Of a stretch of DNA of 64,000 nt, positions 34,687 through 44,026 are shown in pieces. Each line of letters starts with the position of its first letter. Within the stretch, counting starts at the first letter, position 1. The notes beneath the pieces were generated by a model. That model had not been told where the DNA came from. It saw only the letters and a program-made list of their open reading frames with translations, and made no database searches. A program made the position numbers and the translations under genes. Origin of the DNA: an uncultured Bacteroidales bacterium (lineage in GTDB: Bacteria > Bacteroidota > Bacteroidia > Bacteroidales > UBA11471). Where the stretch lies: the NCBI GenBank assembly GCA_944325415.1, contig CALUZW010000001.1, positions 71,527 to 135,526 of the forward strand, read 5' to 3'.

Positions 34687-35706
34687 ATGAGTATTACCGT
34701 TTTAGGCATAGAATCGTCGTGCGACGACACTTCGGCCGCCGTTATCCGCGATGGCGTGATGTTGTCGAATGTTATTGCCTCGCAAGCCGTACACGAAGCT
34801 TTCGGAGGCGTAGTACCCGAGTTGGCCTCGCGTGCGCACCAGCAGAACATCATACCGGTCGTCTCCGAGGCAATACGCCGGGCGGGTATCGACAAGACTT
34901 CGATTGATGCGCTGGCCTTTACTCGTGGGCCCGGACTCATGGGATCGTTGCTGGTAGGAACCTCCTTTGCCAAGGGCTTTGCTTCGGCTCTTGACATTCC
35001 TCTCATCGATGTAAACCATTTGCAGGCGCATGTCATGGCCCATTTTATACAGGTTGAGGGCGAGGAAAACCGTCAACCGGCCTTTCCTTTTATTTGCCTG
35101 CTGGTATCCGGCGGCAATTCGCAGATTATCAGGGTCGACAGCTATAACCACATGGAGGTGTTGGGGCAGACTATCGATGATGCTGCCGGCGAGGCGTTTG
35201 ACAAGTGTGCCAAGGTCATGGGGCTCGGCTATCCCGGCGGCCCGGTTGTAGACCGTCTGGCCAAAGAGGGTAACCCGCAGGCGTTTCACCTGAGCAAACC
35301 TCACATTCCCGGTTACGATTACAGTTTCAGCGGCCTCAAAACGTCGTTTCTCTACCTGCTGAGAGACGAACTGAAAAAGAATCCCGAATTTATTGAGCAG
35401 CGCAAAAACGACCTTTGTGCCTCTTTGCAGACTACTATCGTCGAGATATTGATGGATAAGTTGCGCAGTGTCGTGAAAGATACCGGCATCAGGGAGGTGG
35501 CCGTGGCCGGTGGCGTGTCGGCCAATTCGGCGGTGCGTGCAGCCTTCCAGGACCATGCCGCCCGTTATGGCTGGAATATCTATCTGCCCCGTTTCTCGTT
35601 TACGACCGATAATGCCGCCATGGTGGCCATAACAGGATACTATAAATATCAGGACAAGGATTTCTGTTCGATAGATTTACCCCCGTTTGCCCGGGTGGCG
35701 TTGTAA
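34687..35706 (+). CDS. tsaD: tRNA N6-adenosine threonylcarbamoyltransferase TsaD
   Basis: ITVLGIESSCDDTSAAV, HQQNI, VAGGVSANS. 339 aa. Confidence 0.93.
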   Translation: MSITVLGIESSCDDTSAAVIRDGVMLSNVIASQAVHEAFGGVVPELASRAHQQNIIPVVSEAIRRAGIDKTSIDALAFTRGPGLMGSLLVGTSFAKGFASALDIPLIDVNHLQAHVMAHFIQVEGEENRQPAFPFICLLVSGGNSQIIRVDSYNHMEVLGQTIDDAAGEAFDKCAKVMGLGYPGGPVVDRLAKEGNPQAFHLSKPHIPGYDYSFSGLKTSFLYLLRDELKKNPEFIEQRKNDLCASLQTTIVEILMDKLRSVVKDTGIREVAVAGGVSANSAVRAAFQDHAARYGWNIYLPRFSFTTDNAAMVAITGYYKYQDKDFCSIDLPPFARVAL

Positions 35707-35718
35707 AAAATAGAGACA

Positions 35719-36960
35719 ATGAACGTAGAAGTAATAGCTATCGGCGACGAGTTGCTCATCGGTCAGGTAACCGATACCAATTCGGGCTGGATAGCCCGAC
35801 AACTTAACCTTATGGGGTGGGAGCTGACCGGGGTGACTCTGGTGAGAGACAGCCGGGAGGAGATAAAGAGGGCTATCGTTGAAGCCTTCGCCCGCGTATC
35901 GGTTGTGCTGATGACCGGCGGGCTGGGTCCGACCAAAGACGACATTACCAAGAGTACCCTTTGCGAGCTTTACGGTTGCGCCTTGCACCGCGATGAGCAG
36001 GTACAGGCAATGAACGAAGCGCGCTTTGCCCACAAAGGCTTTACCATGAATGCCCTTACGCGCGACCAGGCTCTGGTGCCCGACGCCTGCACGGTCATAT
36101 ACAATCCGGTGGGGACGGCACCCGTCATGTGGTTCGACCGCGACGGAAAGGTGCTGGTTTCGATGCCCGGCGTGCCGTCGGAGATGCAATATGCCGTTAC
36201 GCACGAGGTGTTGCCCCGTTTGCGTGCCCGTTTCTGCGACCATACGTCGGTACATCATGCCACTTGCCTGGTAAAGGGCTTTACCGAGTCGGCCCTGGCG
36301 ATTTTTCTCACCGATTTTGAAAACGAGTTGCCCGCGTCGGTTCATCTGGCCTACCTCCCCAAGCCGGGGGTGATACGGTTGCGACTCACGGCTACGGGCG
36401 ATGACGATGCCGAGGTGACGGCCGCTCTGAATGTCCAGTTTGACAAGTTGCTGGCTCTTCTCGGTACACACGCCTTCTGCCATGAGGATACCACATTGGC
36501 CGGAGCCTTGGGAAAAATCTTGCAGGAGAAGAATCTGACGGTTGGCACGGCCGAGAGTTGCACGGGCGGAAACATCGCTCATGAAATAACTCTTGTGCCG
36601 GGTTGTTCGGCCTATTATAAAGGAAGTATTGTATCCTATGCCAACGAAGTGAAGACCTTGTTACTGGGAGTGTCGCCCGACACGATTGCCCGCCATGGTG
36701 TAGTGAGCCGTGCTGTTGTCGAGGAGATGGCCCGTGGAGTGCAGCGGGCTTTACACGTCGATTGTGCCATAGCGACTTCGGGGATAGCCGGCCCCGACGG
36801 AGCCACACCCGGAAAACCGGTGGGTACGCTGGCTCTTGCCGTGGCTTGCGGAGAAAAGCTCACCTCTGTCATGCTGACGGCAGGCTCGCAGCGGGAGCGC
36901 AACATCGATCGCTTTACCCATTCGGCACTGTTGCAGATGATTGACTTGCTGCACCCCTGA
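35719..36960 (+). CDS. cinA: CinA family protein (MoCF-binding domain plus nicotinamide-nucleotide amidohydrolase PncC domain)
   Basis: VEVIAIGDELLIGQVTDTNS at the N-terminus and GTAESCTGGNIA in the C-terminal domain. Confidence 0.9.
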   Translation: MNVEVIAIGDELLIGQVTDTNSGWIARQLNLMGWELTGVTLVRDSREEIKRAIVEAFARVSVVLMTGGLGPTKDDITKSTLCELYGCALHRDEQVQAMNEARFAHKGFTMNALTRDQALVPDACTVIYNPVGTAPVMWFDRDGKVLVSMPGVPSEMQYAVTHEVLPRLRARFCDHTSVHHATCLVKGFTESALAIFLTDFENELPASVHLAYLPKPGVIRLRLTATGDDDAEVTAALNVQFDKLLALLGTHAFCHEDTTLAGALGKILQEKNLTVGTAESCTGGNIAHEITLVPGCSAYYKGSIVSYANEVKTLLLGVSPDTIARHGVVSRAVVEEMARGVQRALHVDCAIATSGIAGPDGATPGKPVGTLALAVACGEKLTSVMLTAGSQRERNIDRFTHSALLQMIDLLHP

Positions 36961-37105
36961 ACCCCTTCCGGAGCAGAATATCACGGAGAAAAACAATTTA
37001 TTTGAAAGAAATTACGAATAAAATTTGGAGGGTATTTTCAAAATCGCTTACTTTGCACTCTGTTTTGTAAACACCCCCTCGGAAATAATAAAAATAGATA
37101 CAGAG

Positions 37106-37345
37106 ATGTCGAAGATTTGTCAAATTACGGGAAAAAAAGCCATGGTTGGCAATAATGTATCCCACTCGAAAAGACGTACCAAAAGAAGATTTAACGTCAA
37201 CTTATTTACGAAAAAGTTCTATTGGGTAGAACAAGATTGCTGGATTAACTTGCGTATATCTGCCGCCGGTCTCCGCACCATCAACAAAATCGGTTTGGAC
37301 GCCGCCCTCAAACAGGCAGCCAGCAAAGGTTATTTGAACGCTTAA
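37106..37345 (+). CDS. rpmB: 50S ribosomal protein L28
   Basis: [33 protein letters not shown] from ATG 37106 (ORF track begins at 37025). Confidence 0.93.
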   Translation: MSKICQITGKKAMVGNNVSHSKRRTKRRFNVNLFTKKFYWVEQDCWINLRISAAGLRTINKIGLDAALKQAASKGYLNA

Positions 37346-37363
37346 ATATAAGAGGACCTGAAC

Positions 37364-37552
37364 ATGGCAAAGAAAGCAAAAGGTAATAGAGTACAAGTAA
37401 TTCTCGAATGCACCGAACAGAAAAATAGTGGTCTGCCCGGTATGTCGCGTTATATTACCACCAAAAACAGAAAAAACACCACTGAGCGTTTGGAGTTGAA
37501 AAAATACAACCCCATTTTGAGAAGAGTAACCATTCACAAAGAAATTAAATAA
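37364..37552 (+). CDS. rpmG: 50S ribosomal protein L33
   Basis: [54 protein letters not shown]. Confidence 0.93.
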   Translation: MAKKAKGNRVQVILECTEQKNSGLPGMSRYITTKNRKNTTERLELKKYNPILRRVTIHKEIK

Positions 37553-37561
37553 TAAGAACCC

Positions 37562-37714
37562 ATGGCAAAGAAAACCGTCGCATCGCTTCAAAAAGGTGAG
37601 GGCCGTACCTATTCCAAGGTGATTAAAGTTGTGAAATCGCCCAAGACAGGAGCTTATGTGTTCCAAGAAGAAATGGTGCCCAACGATAAAGTAAACGAAG
37701 TTCTCGCCAAATAA
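37562..37714 (+). CDS. small conserved DUF4295-family protein (third member of the Bacteroidota rpmB-rpmG trio)
   Basis: Not in the ORF track (50 aa). My hand translation is MAKKTVASLQKGEGRTYSKVIKVVKSPKTGAYVFQEEMVPNDKVNEVLAK, with stop taa at 37712-37714. It starts 10 nt after rpmG and is followed by a strong terminator. Confidence 0.75.
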   Translation: MAKKTVASLQKGEGRTYSKVIKVVKSPKTGAYVFQEEMVPNDKVNEVLAK

Positions 37715-37738
37715 GGAGAATCTTGATATTTTATATGA

Positions 37739-37776
37739 CCGGGGCTGCATCCAGTTGCAGCCCCGGTTGTTTTTTG
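37739..37776 (+). terminator. rho-independent terminator of the rpmB-rpmG-DUF4295 operon
   Basis: Stem ccggggctgca (37739-37749) / tgcagccccgg (37756-37766) followed by ttgttttttg. Confidence 0.85.
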
Positions 37777-38036
37777 CTCATAATTTCGGGGTAGGGGCCT
37801 CTGCGGATTGGCGGTGTGTCGTATGGCCGTTCGGTGAAGTTGGGTTCCGTACAAAGTCGGCGTGATAGGTGTAAAAGAAGATGTATGCAGCCCCGGTTGT
37901 CTCTTACTCAACCTGCGAGGGGGTTTGCACTCTGTGCATCAAGGCACTGCCTGTCTAACCCGAAGGGCGCCCGGAATGGAGAGGTGCGGCATATATTGGT
38001 CTCTGCTTTGCGTAGGAGCGTATAGCTCTCGGGCGG

Positions 38037-38077
38037 TAAGAAAGAAGCGGGAGCGCACTTTATACTGCGCTCCCGCT
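38037..38077 (-). terminator. rho-independent terminator after cdsA
   Basis: 12-bp stem agcgggagcgca (38046-38057) / tgcgctcccgct (38066-38077). On the minus strand it is followed by TTCTTTCTT. Confidence 0.7.
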
Positions 38078-38143
38078 CTATGAGGTTTCGGGTATGGAGT
38101 ATGGCCGTGAAAGGTTTGCCTGGGAATGTGGTGTTGCCCGAGG

Positions 38144-38986
38144 TCAGGCTGTTATCAGATAGAGGTATATCACAGCGGCAGGCGTGGCCAGCAGCACACT
38201 GTCGAGGCGGTCGAGCAGTCCGCCGTGGCCGGGCAGTATCTGTCCTGAGTCTTTGACATGAAGGGTGCGTTTCAGTAACGATTCGCACAAGTCACCCCAG
38301 GTAGAGAAGATGGCGACGATGGCACTCAGTACTATCCACTGTTCTGTGTTGAGAAACGAACATTGGGTCGACCATATCCAGCCGGCCACCATGGTAAATA
38401 TCACTCCGCCGAAAAATCCTTCCCACGACTTCTTGGGTGAGATGCGCTCAAAGAGACGGTGCTTGCCCAGCAGACTGCCCACGATGTAGGCGCCGGTGTC
38501 GTTGATCCATATAAACGAGAAGAAGGCAATGACCATCAGTGCGTTGTAGGGCATCAGGAGATATTGTGCTTCGAGGGGCGGGTAGGCGATGTAGCTGAGC
38601 AGTCCCAAGGGCAATGCCACATAAATCTGTCCCATCAGCGAGAGGCTCAGCGATTTTATGGGATTCTCTTCTTTGAGGTAGAGCCGCACGACGAATGTGT
38701 AGAGCAGATAGATGATGTAGGGGCTGAACAGGTAGATGCCCGGTATTCCGGGCTGAGTGTTGTGCAGGAGAAAGAGTATGCCTACCAGATAGGTGCCGCC
38801 CAGTATGTCGGCATATAGGGCCCAGCGGGAGACATTCTCGTTGACAAGACGGTAAAACTCCAACAGTGTGAGAATGGTGCCGATAAGAATGAGCCCTCTG
38901 AACGATACTTGACTGAACCATGTCGCGCCCAGAATGACGGCGACGAACAGTAGGCCTGTAATGCTGCGGGTAATGAGATTTTTCAT
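38144..38986 (-). CDS. cdsA: phosphatidate cytidylyltransferase (CDP-diglyceride synthase)
   Basis: Polytopic membrane protein. C-terminal signature SLLKRTLHVKDSGQILPGHGGLLDRLDS. Start MKNLITRS at ATG 38986. Confidence 0.9.
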   Translation of the reverse strand: MKNLITRSITGLLFVAVILGATWFSQVSFRGLILIGTILTLLEFYRLVNENVSRWALYADILGGTYLVGILFLLHNTQPGIPGIYLFSPYIIYLLYTFVVRLYLKEENPIKSLSLSLMGQIYVALPLGLLSYIAYPPLEAQYLLMPYNALMVIAFFSFIWINDTGAYIVGSLLGKHRLFERISPKKSWEGFFGGVIFTMVAGWIWSTQCSFLNTEQWIVLSAIVAIFSTWGDLCESLLKRTLHVKDSGQILPGHGGLLDRLDSVLLATPAAVIYLYLITA

Positions 38987-39057
38987 GCTATCAAGTTGTT
39001 TCAAGGTTATGAAAAAAGCAGCCGCAACCCACACGTTGGGCTGCGGCTGTCGATATG

Positions 39058-41142
39058 TTACGCTTTGACGTTGTTGTCAGATTGATTTTCGGGCGAAGCC
39101 TTTTCCTCTGTCGGTTCGGCCTTTTTCTCTTCGTTCGAAGAGTCGGCTTCGGCGGGCGATGAAGCGGTCGCCGGTTCATTTGTTACCGTCTCGTTGGCTT
39201 TTTCGGCCTCTTTCTGAGCCTGCTCGTTTACTCTCAATATCTCTTCGCTGCGCGAAGCCCACGGACGTTTTCCGAAAATCTGTTCTACATCTTCGGTGAA
39301 TATCACTTCACGTTCGATAAGAACCTGGGCCAGGCGGGCATGGCCTTCGGCGTGTTCGAGCAGGATTTTCTTGGCCCGTTCATACTGTTCGTTGATGATG
39401 CGGCTCACCTCACGGTCGATAATGCGGGCTGTCTCTTCGCTGTACGGTTTGGTAAAGCCGTATTCCTGGCCGGTCGAGTCGTAGTAGGAGAGGTTGGGCA
39501 GCTCCTCGCTCATGCCGAAGTAGGCTACGATGGCGTAGGCCTGTTTGGTTACCCGTTCGAGGTCGTTGGCAGCACCTGTCGAGATGCGACCGATGAAAAG
39601 CTCTTCGGCAGCGCGACCACCCAATGTGGCGCACATCTCGTCGAGCATGGCCTCTTTGGGGGTGATTTGCCGTTCTTCGGGGAGGTACCAAGCGGCACCG
39701 AGCGCTTTTCCTCGGGGTACGATGGTTACTTTCACCAGCGGGTTGGCATATTGCAGGAACCAGCTGAGCGAGGCATGTCCAGCCTCGTGTATGGCAATGG
39801 AGCGTTTCTCCTCGGCCGTGGTGATTTTGGTGCGTTTTTCCAGTCCGCCGATGATGCGGTCGACGGCATCCATGAAATCTTGTTTCTGTACCCACTGTTT
39901 GTGTTTGCGGGCAGCGATGAGGGCAGCCTCGTTGCACACGTTGGCGATGTCGGCGCCCGAGAAGCCGGGCGTCTGGCGGGCCAGCAGGTCGATATCGACG
40001 GTGTTGTCGATTTTCACGCCGCGCAGATGTACTTTGAATATCTCTTTCCGGTCGTTGAGGTCGGGCAGCTCGACATAGATCTGGCGGTCGAAACGTCCGG
40101 CACGGAGCAGGGCCTTGTCGAGAATGTCGGCACGGTTGGTGGCGGCCAGTACGATGATACCGCTGTTGGTACCGAAACCGTCCATCTCGGTGAGGAGTTG
40201 GTTGAGGGTATTTTCCCGCTCGTCGTTTGAGCCCATATTCGGGTTACGTCCGCGGGCACGACCCACGGCATCGATTTCGTCGATGAAGATGATACAGGGA
40301 GCTTTCTCCTTGGCTTGGCGGAAGAGGTCGCGCACCCGTGAGGCTCCTACACCCACGAACATTTCGACAAAGTCGGAACCCGACATGGAGAAGAACGGTA
40401 CATTGGCTTCTCCTGCCACAGCCTTGGCCAGCAGGGTTTTACCCGTGCCCGGAGGGCCTACCAATAGGGCTCCTTTGGGAATTTTTCCACCCAGTTCGTT
40501 GTAGCGCTTGGGGTTGCGCAGGAATTCGACGATTTCTTCGACCTCCTGTTTGGCCTCGGAGAGTCCGGCCACATCTTTGAACGAGACTTTGGTGGCACCC
40601 TCCTTGTCGAAGAGTTGTGCTTTGGCTTTGCCTACGTTGAAGACGCCGCCACCGCCGCCGCCACCGCCGCCCGACATGCGGCGCATGATGATGAACCAGA
40701 AGACGAACAGCAGGATAATGGGCCCGAACGACCAGAACATGTCGCCGAAGTCGCTGCTCTTTTCATATTTGATTTGGGTATCGAATCCCGACTCTTCTTT
40801 CCATTTGCTCACCTCCTGATTGAAAGTGGCGGCATCGGGAATGTTAACATAGAGTTTGGGGGTGCGGCCCAGTTTCTGGCTGTCGCTTGTGTTGAATACC
40901 TTCTGTGCGGTTGAGTCGGAGAGGAAGGCTTCGAGGTAATCTTTGTTGGTGTATACGGTGATTTGCTTGATGCCTCCATCTCGCGCTATCTGTTCAAACT
41001 CCGACCAGGTAACCTCTTTCGACGAGGAACCGTCGTTCATGTAATATACGCCTATCAGCGAGAGCGCGATAATGGCATACATCCAATAAAGGTTGAACCG
41101 GAATATCTTTTTGTTTCCTCCTTGCGGGTTGTTGTTTCCCAT
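39058..41142 (-). CDS. ftsH: ATP-dependent zinc metalloprotease FtsH
   Basis: Walker [18 protein letters not shown], zinc site IAIHEAGHA, two N-terminal TM helices. 694 aa. Confidence 0.95.
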   Translation of the reverse strand: MGNNNPQGGNKKIFRFNLYWMYAIIALSLIGVYYMNDGSSSKEVTWSEFEQIARDGGIKQITVYTNKDYLEAFLSDSTAQKVFNTSDSQKLGRTPKLYVNIPDAATFNQEVSKWKEESGFDTQIKYEKSSDFGDMFWSFGPIILLFVFWFIIMRRMSGGGGGGGGGVFNVGKAKAQLFDKEGATKVSFKDVAGLSEAKQEVEEIVEFLRNPKRYNELGGKIPKGALLVGPPGTGKTLLAKAVAGEANVPFFSMSGSDFVEMFVGVGASRVRDLFRQAKEKAPCIIFIDEIDAVGRARGRNPNMGSNDERENTLNQLLTEMDGFGTNSGIIVLAATNRADILDKALLRAGRFDRQIYVELPDLNDRKEIFKVHLRGVKIDNTVDIDLLARQTPGFSGADIANVCNEAALIAARKHKQWVQKQDFMDAVDRIIGGLEKRTKITTAEEKRSIAIHEAGHASLSWFLQYANPLVKVTIVPRGKALGAAWYLPEERQITPKEAMLDEMCATLGGRAAEELFIGRISTGAANDLERVTKQAYAIVAYFGMSEELPNLSYYDSTGQEYGFTKPYSEETARIIDREVSRIINEQYERAKKILLEHAEGHARLAQVLIEREVIFTEDVEQIFGKRPWASRSEEILRVNEQAQKEAEKANETVTNEPATASSPAEADSSNEEKKAEPTEEKASPENQSDNNVKA

Positions 41143-41194
41143 AAAAATGTAACTGCGGTTTTTTAAAATACTGTCAGTCTATGCTATACAAAAA

Positions 41195-41554
41195 TCATTC
41201 CACGTCGGGTATCTCTGTCAATTTGGCATCGTTCCACAACGTTTCGAGGTTGTAGTATTTTCTCGGCTCGGGCAGGAACACGTGTACATAGATGTGTCCG
41301 TAGTCGATGACAATCCATTGAGAGTTTCGGTAGCCGTCGTAGTTGAAGGGTTTCACTTTTATCTTGTTCAGGGTGGTTTCTCTCACCGAGTCGGCAATGG
41401 CTGCCACTTGGGCCGGGGAGCCGCCCTGGCAGATGATGAAGTATTGGGCCGAAGAGGCGTTGATGTCGGAGAGGTCGACGATAACGGTCTGTTTACCCTT
41501 TTTCTCCTGTATTCCTTCGATGATGGTTTGTATCAGTTGTTGGTTTTCTTCCAT
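41195..41554 (-). CDS. rsfS: ribosome silencing factor RsfS (iojap-like)
   Basis: MEENQQLIQTIIEGIQEKKG...DYGHIYVHVFLPEPRKYYNLETLW. Conserved rsfS-ftsH-cdsA order. Confidence 0.88.
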   Translation of the reverse strand: MEENQQLIQTIIEGIQEKKGKQTVIVDLSDINASSAQYFIICQGGSPAQVAAIADSVRETTLNKIKVKPFNYDGYRNSQWIVIDYGHIYVHVFLPEPRKYYNLETLWNDAKLTEIPDVE

Positions 41555-41584
41555 GTAGATATAGTAATGCAATTTCTTTATTTG

Positions 41585-41592
41585 CAAAGATA
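41585..41592 (-). promoter_or_regulatory. candidate -7 box (TATCTTTG on minus strand) for rsfS-ftsH
   Basis: Plus-strand caaagata, 31 nt upstream of ATG 41554. Confidence 0.45.
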
Positions 41593-41709
41593 AATCGAAA
41601 TTCGATATGGTAAAGGGCTTTGTCCGATTTAATCGAAAATTTTAGATATATTCTATCTCTCGGGTCATCTTTTTAAGAAAATTGCATGACTTTCTTTCGG
41701 AAATATATC

Positions 41710-41717
41710 TATCTTTG
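41710..41717 (+). promoter_or_regulatory. candidate -7 box TATCTTTG for the DUF3127 gene
   Basis: Exact TAnnTTTG, 30 nt upstream of ATG 41747. Confidence 0.45.
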
Positions 41718-41746
41718 TTGAAACGAATTTATAATCATTATTTTGT

Positions 41747-42100
41747 ATGGAAATTAAAGGCCGTATCATTCAAGTCCTTCCGTTGCAGAGCGGCATCGGC
41801 CAGGTGAGTGGAAAAGAGTGGAAGAAACAGGAATATATTTTGGAAACGCAGGAGCAGTATCCGCGCAAGGTATGTTTTCAGGTGAGTGGCAACCGCATCG
41901 AGCAGTACCCCGTATCGGTGGGCGATGAGGTTGTGGTGAGCTTCGATCTGGAAAGTCGTGAGGCCAAGGGCCGTTGGTATACCGATGTGCGGGCCTGGAA
42001 AATAGAGCGGGTACAGTCTGCGGCTCCGGCCGGAAGCCCGGTACCGCCTCCTCCCGTCGATTTTGCGCCAGCCGAGCCGGCCGACGATCTTCCTTTCTGA
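41747..42100 (+). CDS. DUF3127 domain protein (OB-fold-like, unknown function)
   Basis: MEIKGRIIQVLPLQSGIGQVSGKEWKKQEYILET...DVRAWKIERV followed by a Pro-rich tail. Confidence 0.75.
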   Translation: MEIKGRIIQVLPLQSGIGQVSGKEWKKQEYILETQEQYPRKVCFQVSGNRIEQYPVSVGDEVVVSFDLESREAKGRWYTDVRAWKIERVQSAAPAGSPVPPPPVDFAPAEPADDLPF

Positions 42101-42117
42101 GAATAAAAGGTATGGTT

Positions 42118-42160
42118 GCGACGCCTTTGGGTTCAGGCCCGAGGGCGTCGCTGTTTTTTT
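42118..42160 (+). terminator. rho-independent terminator after the DUF3127 gene
   Basis: Stem gcgacgcc (42118-42125) / ggcgtcgc (42144-42151) followed by tgttttttt. Confidence 0.75.
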
Positions 42161-42182
42161 GTCTTTTGGGAGTGGTTGCGGG

Positions 42183-42929
42183 CTATTTGTCGGTCGATAG
42201 CCGGTCGTTTTGCAGCGACGGGAGCAACTCTTCTACCTTTCTGAACTCTTTGCTCGACAGCCAGGCACTGATGGCATCGGCCTGTTCCATAGTGTGCAGG
42301 TCGCTGCCCAGAAATTCGACCATGCCGTTCTTACACAGCCACCAAGCTACCTCTTTGATGGTTTTGCCGTAGTAGCCAGCCAAAGAGAGAAGGTTCACTT
42401 GGAAATGGCAGCCGTTGCTGTGAAGGTGATGGTATATCTCTTTGTTTTCGTGGAAATATCGGTATCGTTCGGGGTGGGCCAGAATGGGCTGGATGCCGTC
42501 GAGCATCAGCCGGAAGAGTATCTCGTCGAGGTCGATGGGGGCTTGCAGAAACGAGTTCTCGACCAGCAGCCGTTGCCCGGGCAGTGGTATCAAAGCGGTT
42601 GTGCCGGACTGGCGCAATTCCCTGAAATGTTCGTCCATGCGGTACTCGGCCGAGTATCGCACTTCCATGTCGATACCCTCCTGTGTCATCTTCGCTTTCA
42701 GGACCTGGCAGGCCGGCTCGATGGTAGCCGGAGAGTTTTCGTACACATCGTCGATGATGTGAGGCGTGGCAAAAATGTGCTTTATGCCCCATGATTGCAT
42801 GGCACGGAGCAGTTGTATCGAAGTGTCGACGTCGGGCGAGCCGTCGTCGATACCCGGCAGTATGTGGGAGTGCAGGTCGGTGCTGTAAAACAGCCTGCCG
42901 GCCTCTTTTTCCTTACGGAACCATTTCAT
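42183..42929 (-). CDS. PHP-family protein-tyrosine phosphatase, CpsB/CapC type
   Basis: MKWFRKEKEAGRLFYSTDLHSHILPGIDDGSPD from ATG 42929, plus HPERY near the C-terminal third. The ORF-track extension to 43124 runs into the repeat array and is rejected. Confidence 0.82.
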   Translation of the reverse strand: MKWFRKEKEAGRLFYSTDLHSHILPGIDDGSPDVDTSIQLLRAMQSWGIKHIFATPHIIDDVYENSPATIEPACQVLKAKMTQEGIDMEVRYSAEYRMDEHFRELRQSGTTALIPLPGQRLLVENSFLQAPIDLDEILFRLMLDGIQPILAHPERYRYFHENKEIYHHLHSNGCHFQVNLLSLAGYYGKTIKEVAWWLCKNGMVEFLGSDLHTMEQADAISAWLSSKEFRKVEELLPSLQNDRLSTDK

Positions 42930-43093
42930 GGACTTGTCTTTTATAGTGTTAGGAACCGCCCTCGGGGAGCGGCCGTATCGGATGGCAATGGTGGAGATTC
43001 CCTTGCAAAGAAAGCAAACGGCCGATACCGGAAGAGCCTCCTTGTGCGGAAATCTCTGTCCTCGGGTCGCGCCGTGTCGCATTTTCTTATGTA

Positions 43094-43330
43094 CAAAGAT
43101 AGTGAAAGGCGAGCGCAGAGGCAAGTGAAAACCCCGTTTTCAAATTGACTATGCCGAACCGCATCCTATCTTCGTGAAACAAAGATAGTGAAAGGCGAGC
43201 GCAGAGCCAAATGAAAAGGAAGTTTTCAGATGCGGCTATGCCAAGCCGCCTCCTGTCTTATCAAAGGATAGTGAAATTGGGGCGCTTCTGCAAATGTTTT
43301 CGAGAGGCTACCCGAGGAGCGTTGCGGAAG
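43094..43330. repeat. tandem array (two good copies plus one degenerate) of an 82-86 bp intergenic cassette carrying a palindrome and a minus-strand promoter-like -33/-7 pair
   Basis: Units start at 43094, 43180 and 43262, each opening with caaag(g)atagtgaaa. Units 1 and 2 share caaagatagtgaaaggcgagcgcagag. Hairpins are tgaaaac-ccc-gttttca (43126-43142) and tgaaaa-ggaag-ttttca (43212-43228). Confidence 0.8.
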
Positions 43331-43456
43331 GTCAGAAGGTGGCCGGGCCGTTTCGCGGGAGAGAAGAGCGGTTGAATCAGAAGCGCTTGCCCGGGCCTGC
43401 GACGCTGTCCGAATACAAAAAGCAGAGAAATATTTTTGTAAATCAAAAGTTATGCG

Positions 43457-43464
43457 TACATTTG
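43457..43464 (+). promoter_or_regulatory. candidate -7 box TACATTTG for rpmE2
   Basis: Exact TAnnTTTG, 68 nt upstream of ATG 43532. Confidence 0.4.
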
Positions 43465-43531
43465 CAGGCCATTATAAGAGTTGCACGTTTTACCACCGTG
43501 CTTTGATTTGTAAATATTTAAAAGATATACA

Positions 43532-43795
43532 ATGAAAAAAGGAATTCACCCCGAGAATTATCGTCCCGTCGTATTCAAGGATATGTCGAACGATGAAATT
43601 TTTATTACCCGTTCTACGGTAGCTGCCAAAGAGACTATCGAAGTTGACGGTGTAACCTATCCGTTGGTAAAACTTGAAATCACCAGTTCTTCGCACCCCT
43701 TCTTCACCGGAAAACAGAAACTGGTCGATACCGCAGGTCGCGTAGACAAGTTCATGAGCCGTTACGCAAAACATATGCAGAACAAGAAAAAATAA
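43532..43795 (+). CDS. rpmE2: 50S ribosomal protein L31, type B (no CxxC zinc motif)
   Basis: [29 protein letters not shown]...[23 protein letters not shown]. Confidence 0.92.
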   Translation: MKKGIHPENYRPVVFKDMSNDEIFITRSTVAAKETIEVDGVTYPLVKLEITSSSHPFFTGKQKLVDTAGRVDKFMSRYAKHMQNKKK

Positions 43796-43813
43796 TCGGT
43801 TCTACCCCAAAAA

Positions 43814-43862
43814 CGAGAGGCGAAACAAAAACTGTTTCGCCTCTCGTTTTTTGTGCCCTTTG
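43814..43862 (+). terminator. rho-independent terminator after rpmE2
   Basis: Stem cgagaggcgaaaca / tgtttcgcctctcg followed by tttttt. Confidence 0.85.
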
Positions 43863-44026
43863 TCATGGGGCGTTGGGTATGGGAGAGAGGGGGGGAGCCG
43901 TGAGCACTGGTGGTTGTCGATGCCGTATGAAATCGCAGCCCCGACATATTCGGGGTAACATGTTTTCATAACGAAAGCCGCCCGGTAGGTGTGAAATATT
44001 ATGGCGTGTAGCCTGTTGTAGATGGC

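Noticed and set aside
34593-35036. N-terminal 148-codon extension of the tamB ORF in the ORF track
   Set aside because: It overlaps tsaD antisense and has no membrane anchor. The ATG at 34592 gives the expected TamB N-terminal TM helix.
42930-43124. 65-codon upstream extension of the CpsB-like ORF
   Set aside because: The extension runs into repeat unit 1 and has no homology pattern. CpsB-type proteins place the DxHxH motif within about 20 residues of the start, which fits ATG 42929.
43094-43330. Possible CRISPR array, given regularly spaced repeats
   Set aside because: The 82-86 bp units abut directly with no unique spacers. There are only about three copies and no cas genes. It is a tandem duplication, not a CRISPR array.
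43532-43795. rpmE2 as a Zur-regulated zinc-sparing paralogue
   Set aside because: No CxxC-type L31 gene or Zur box can be seen in this window. Type B may simply be the only L31 in this genome, so no claim can be supported from this sequence.
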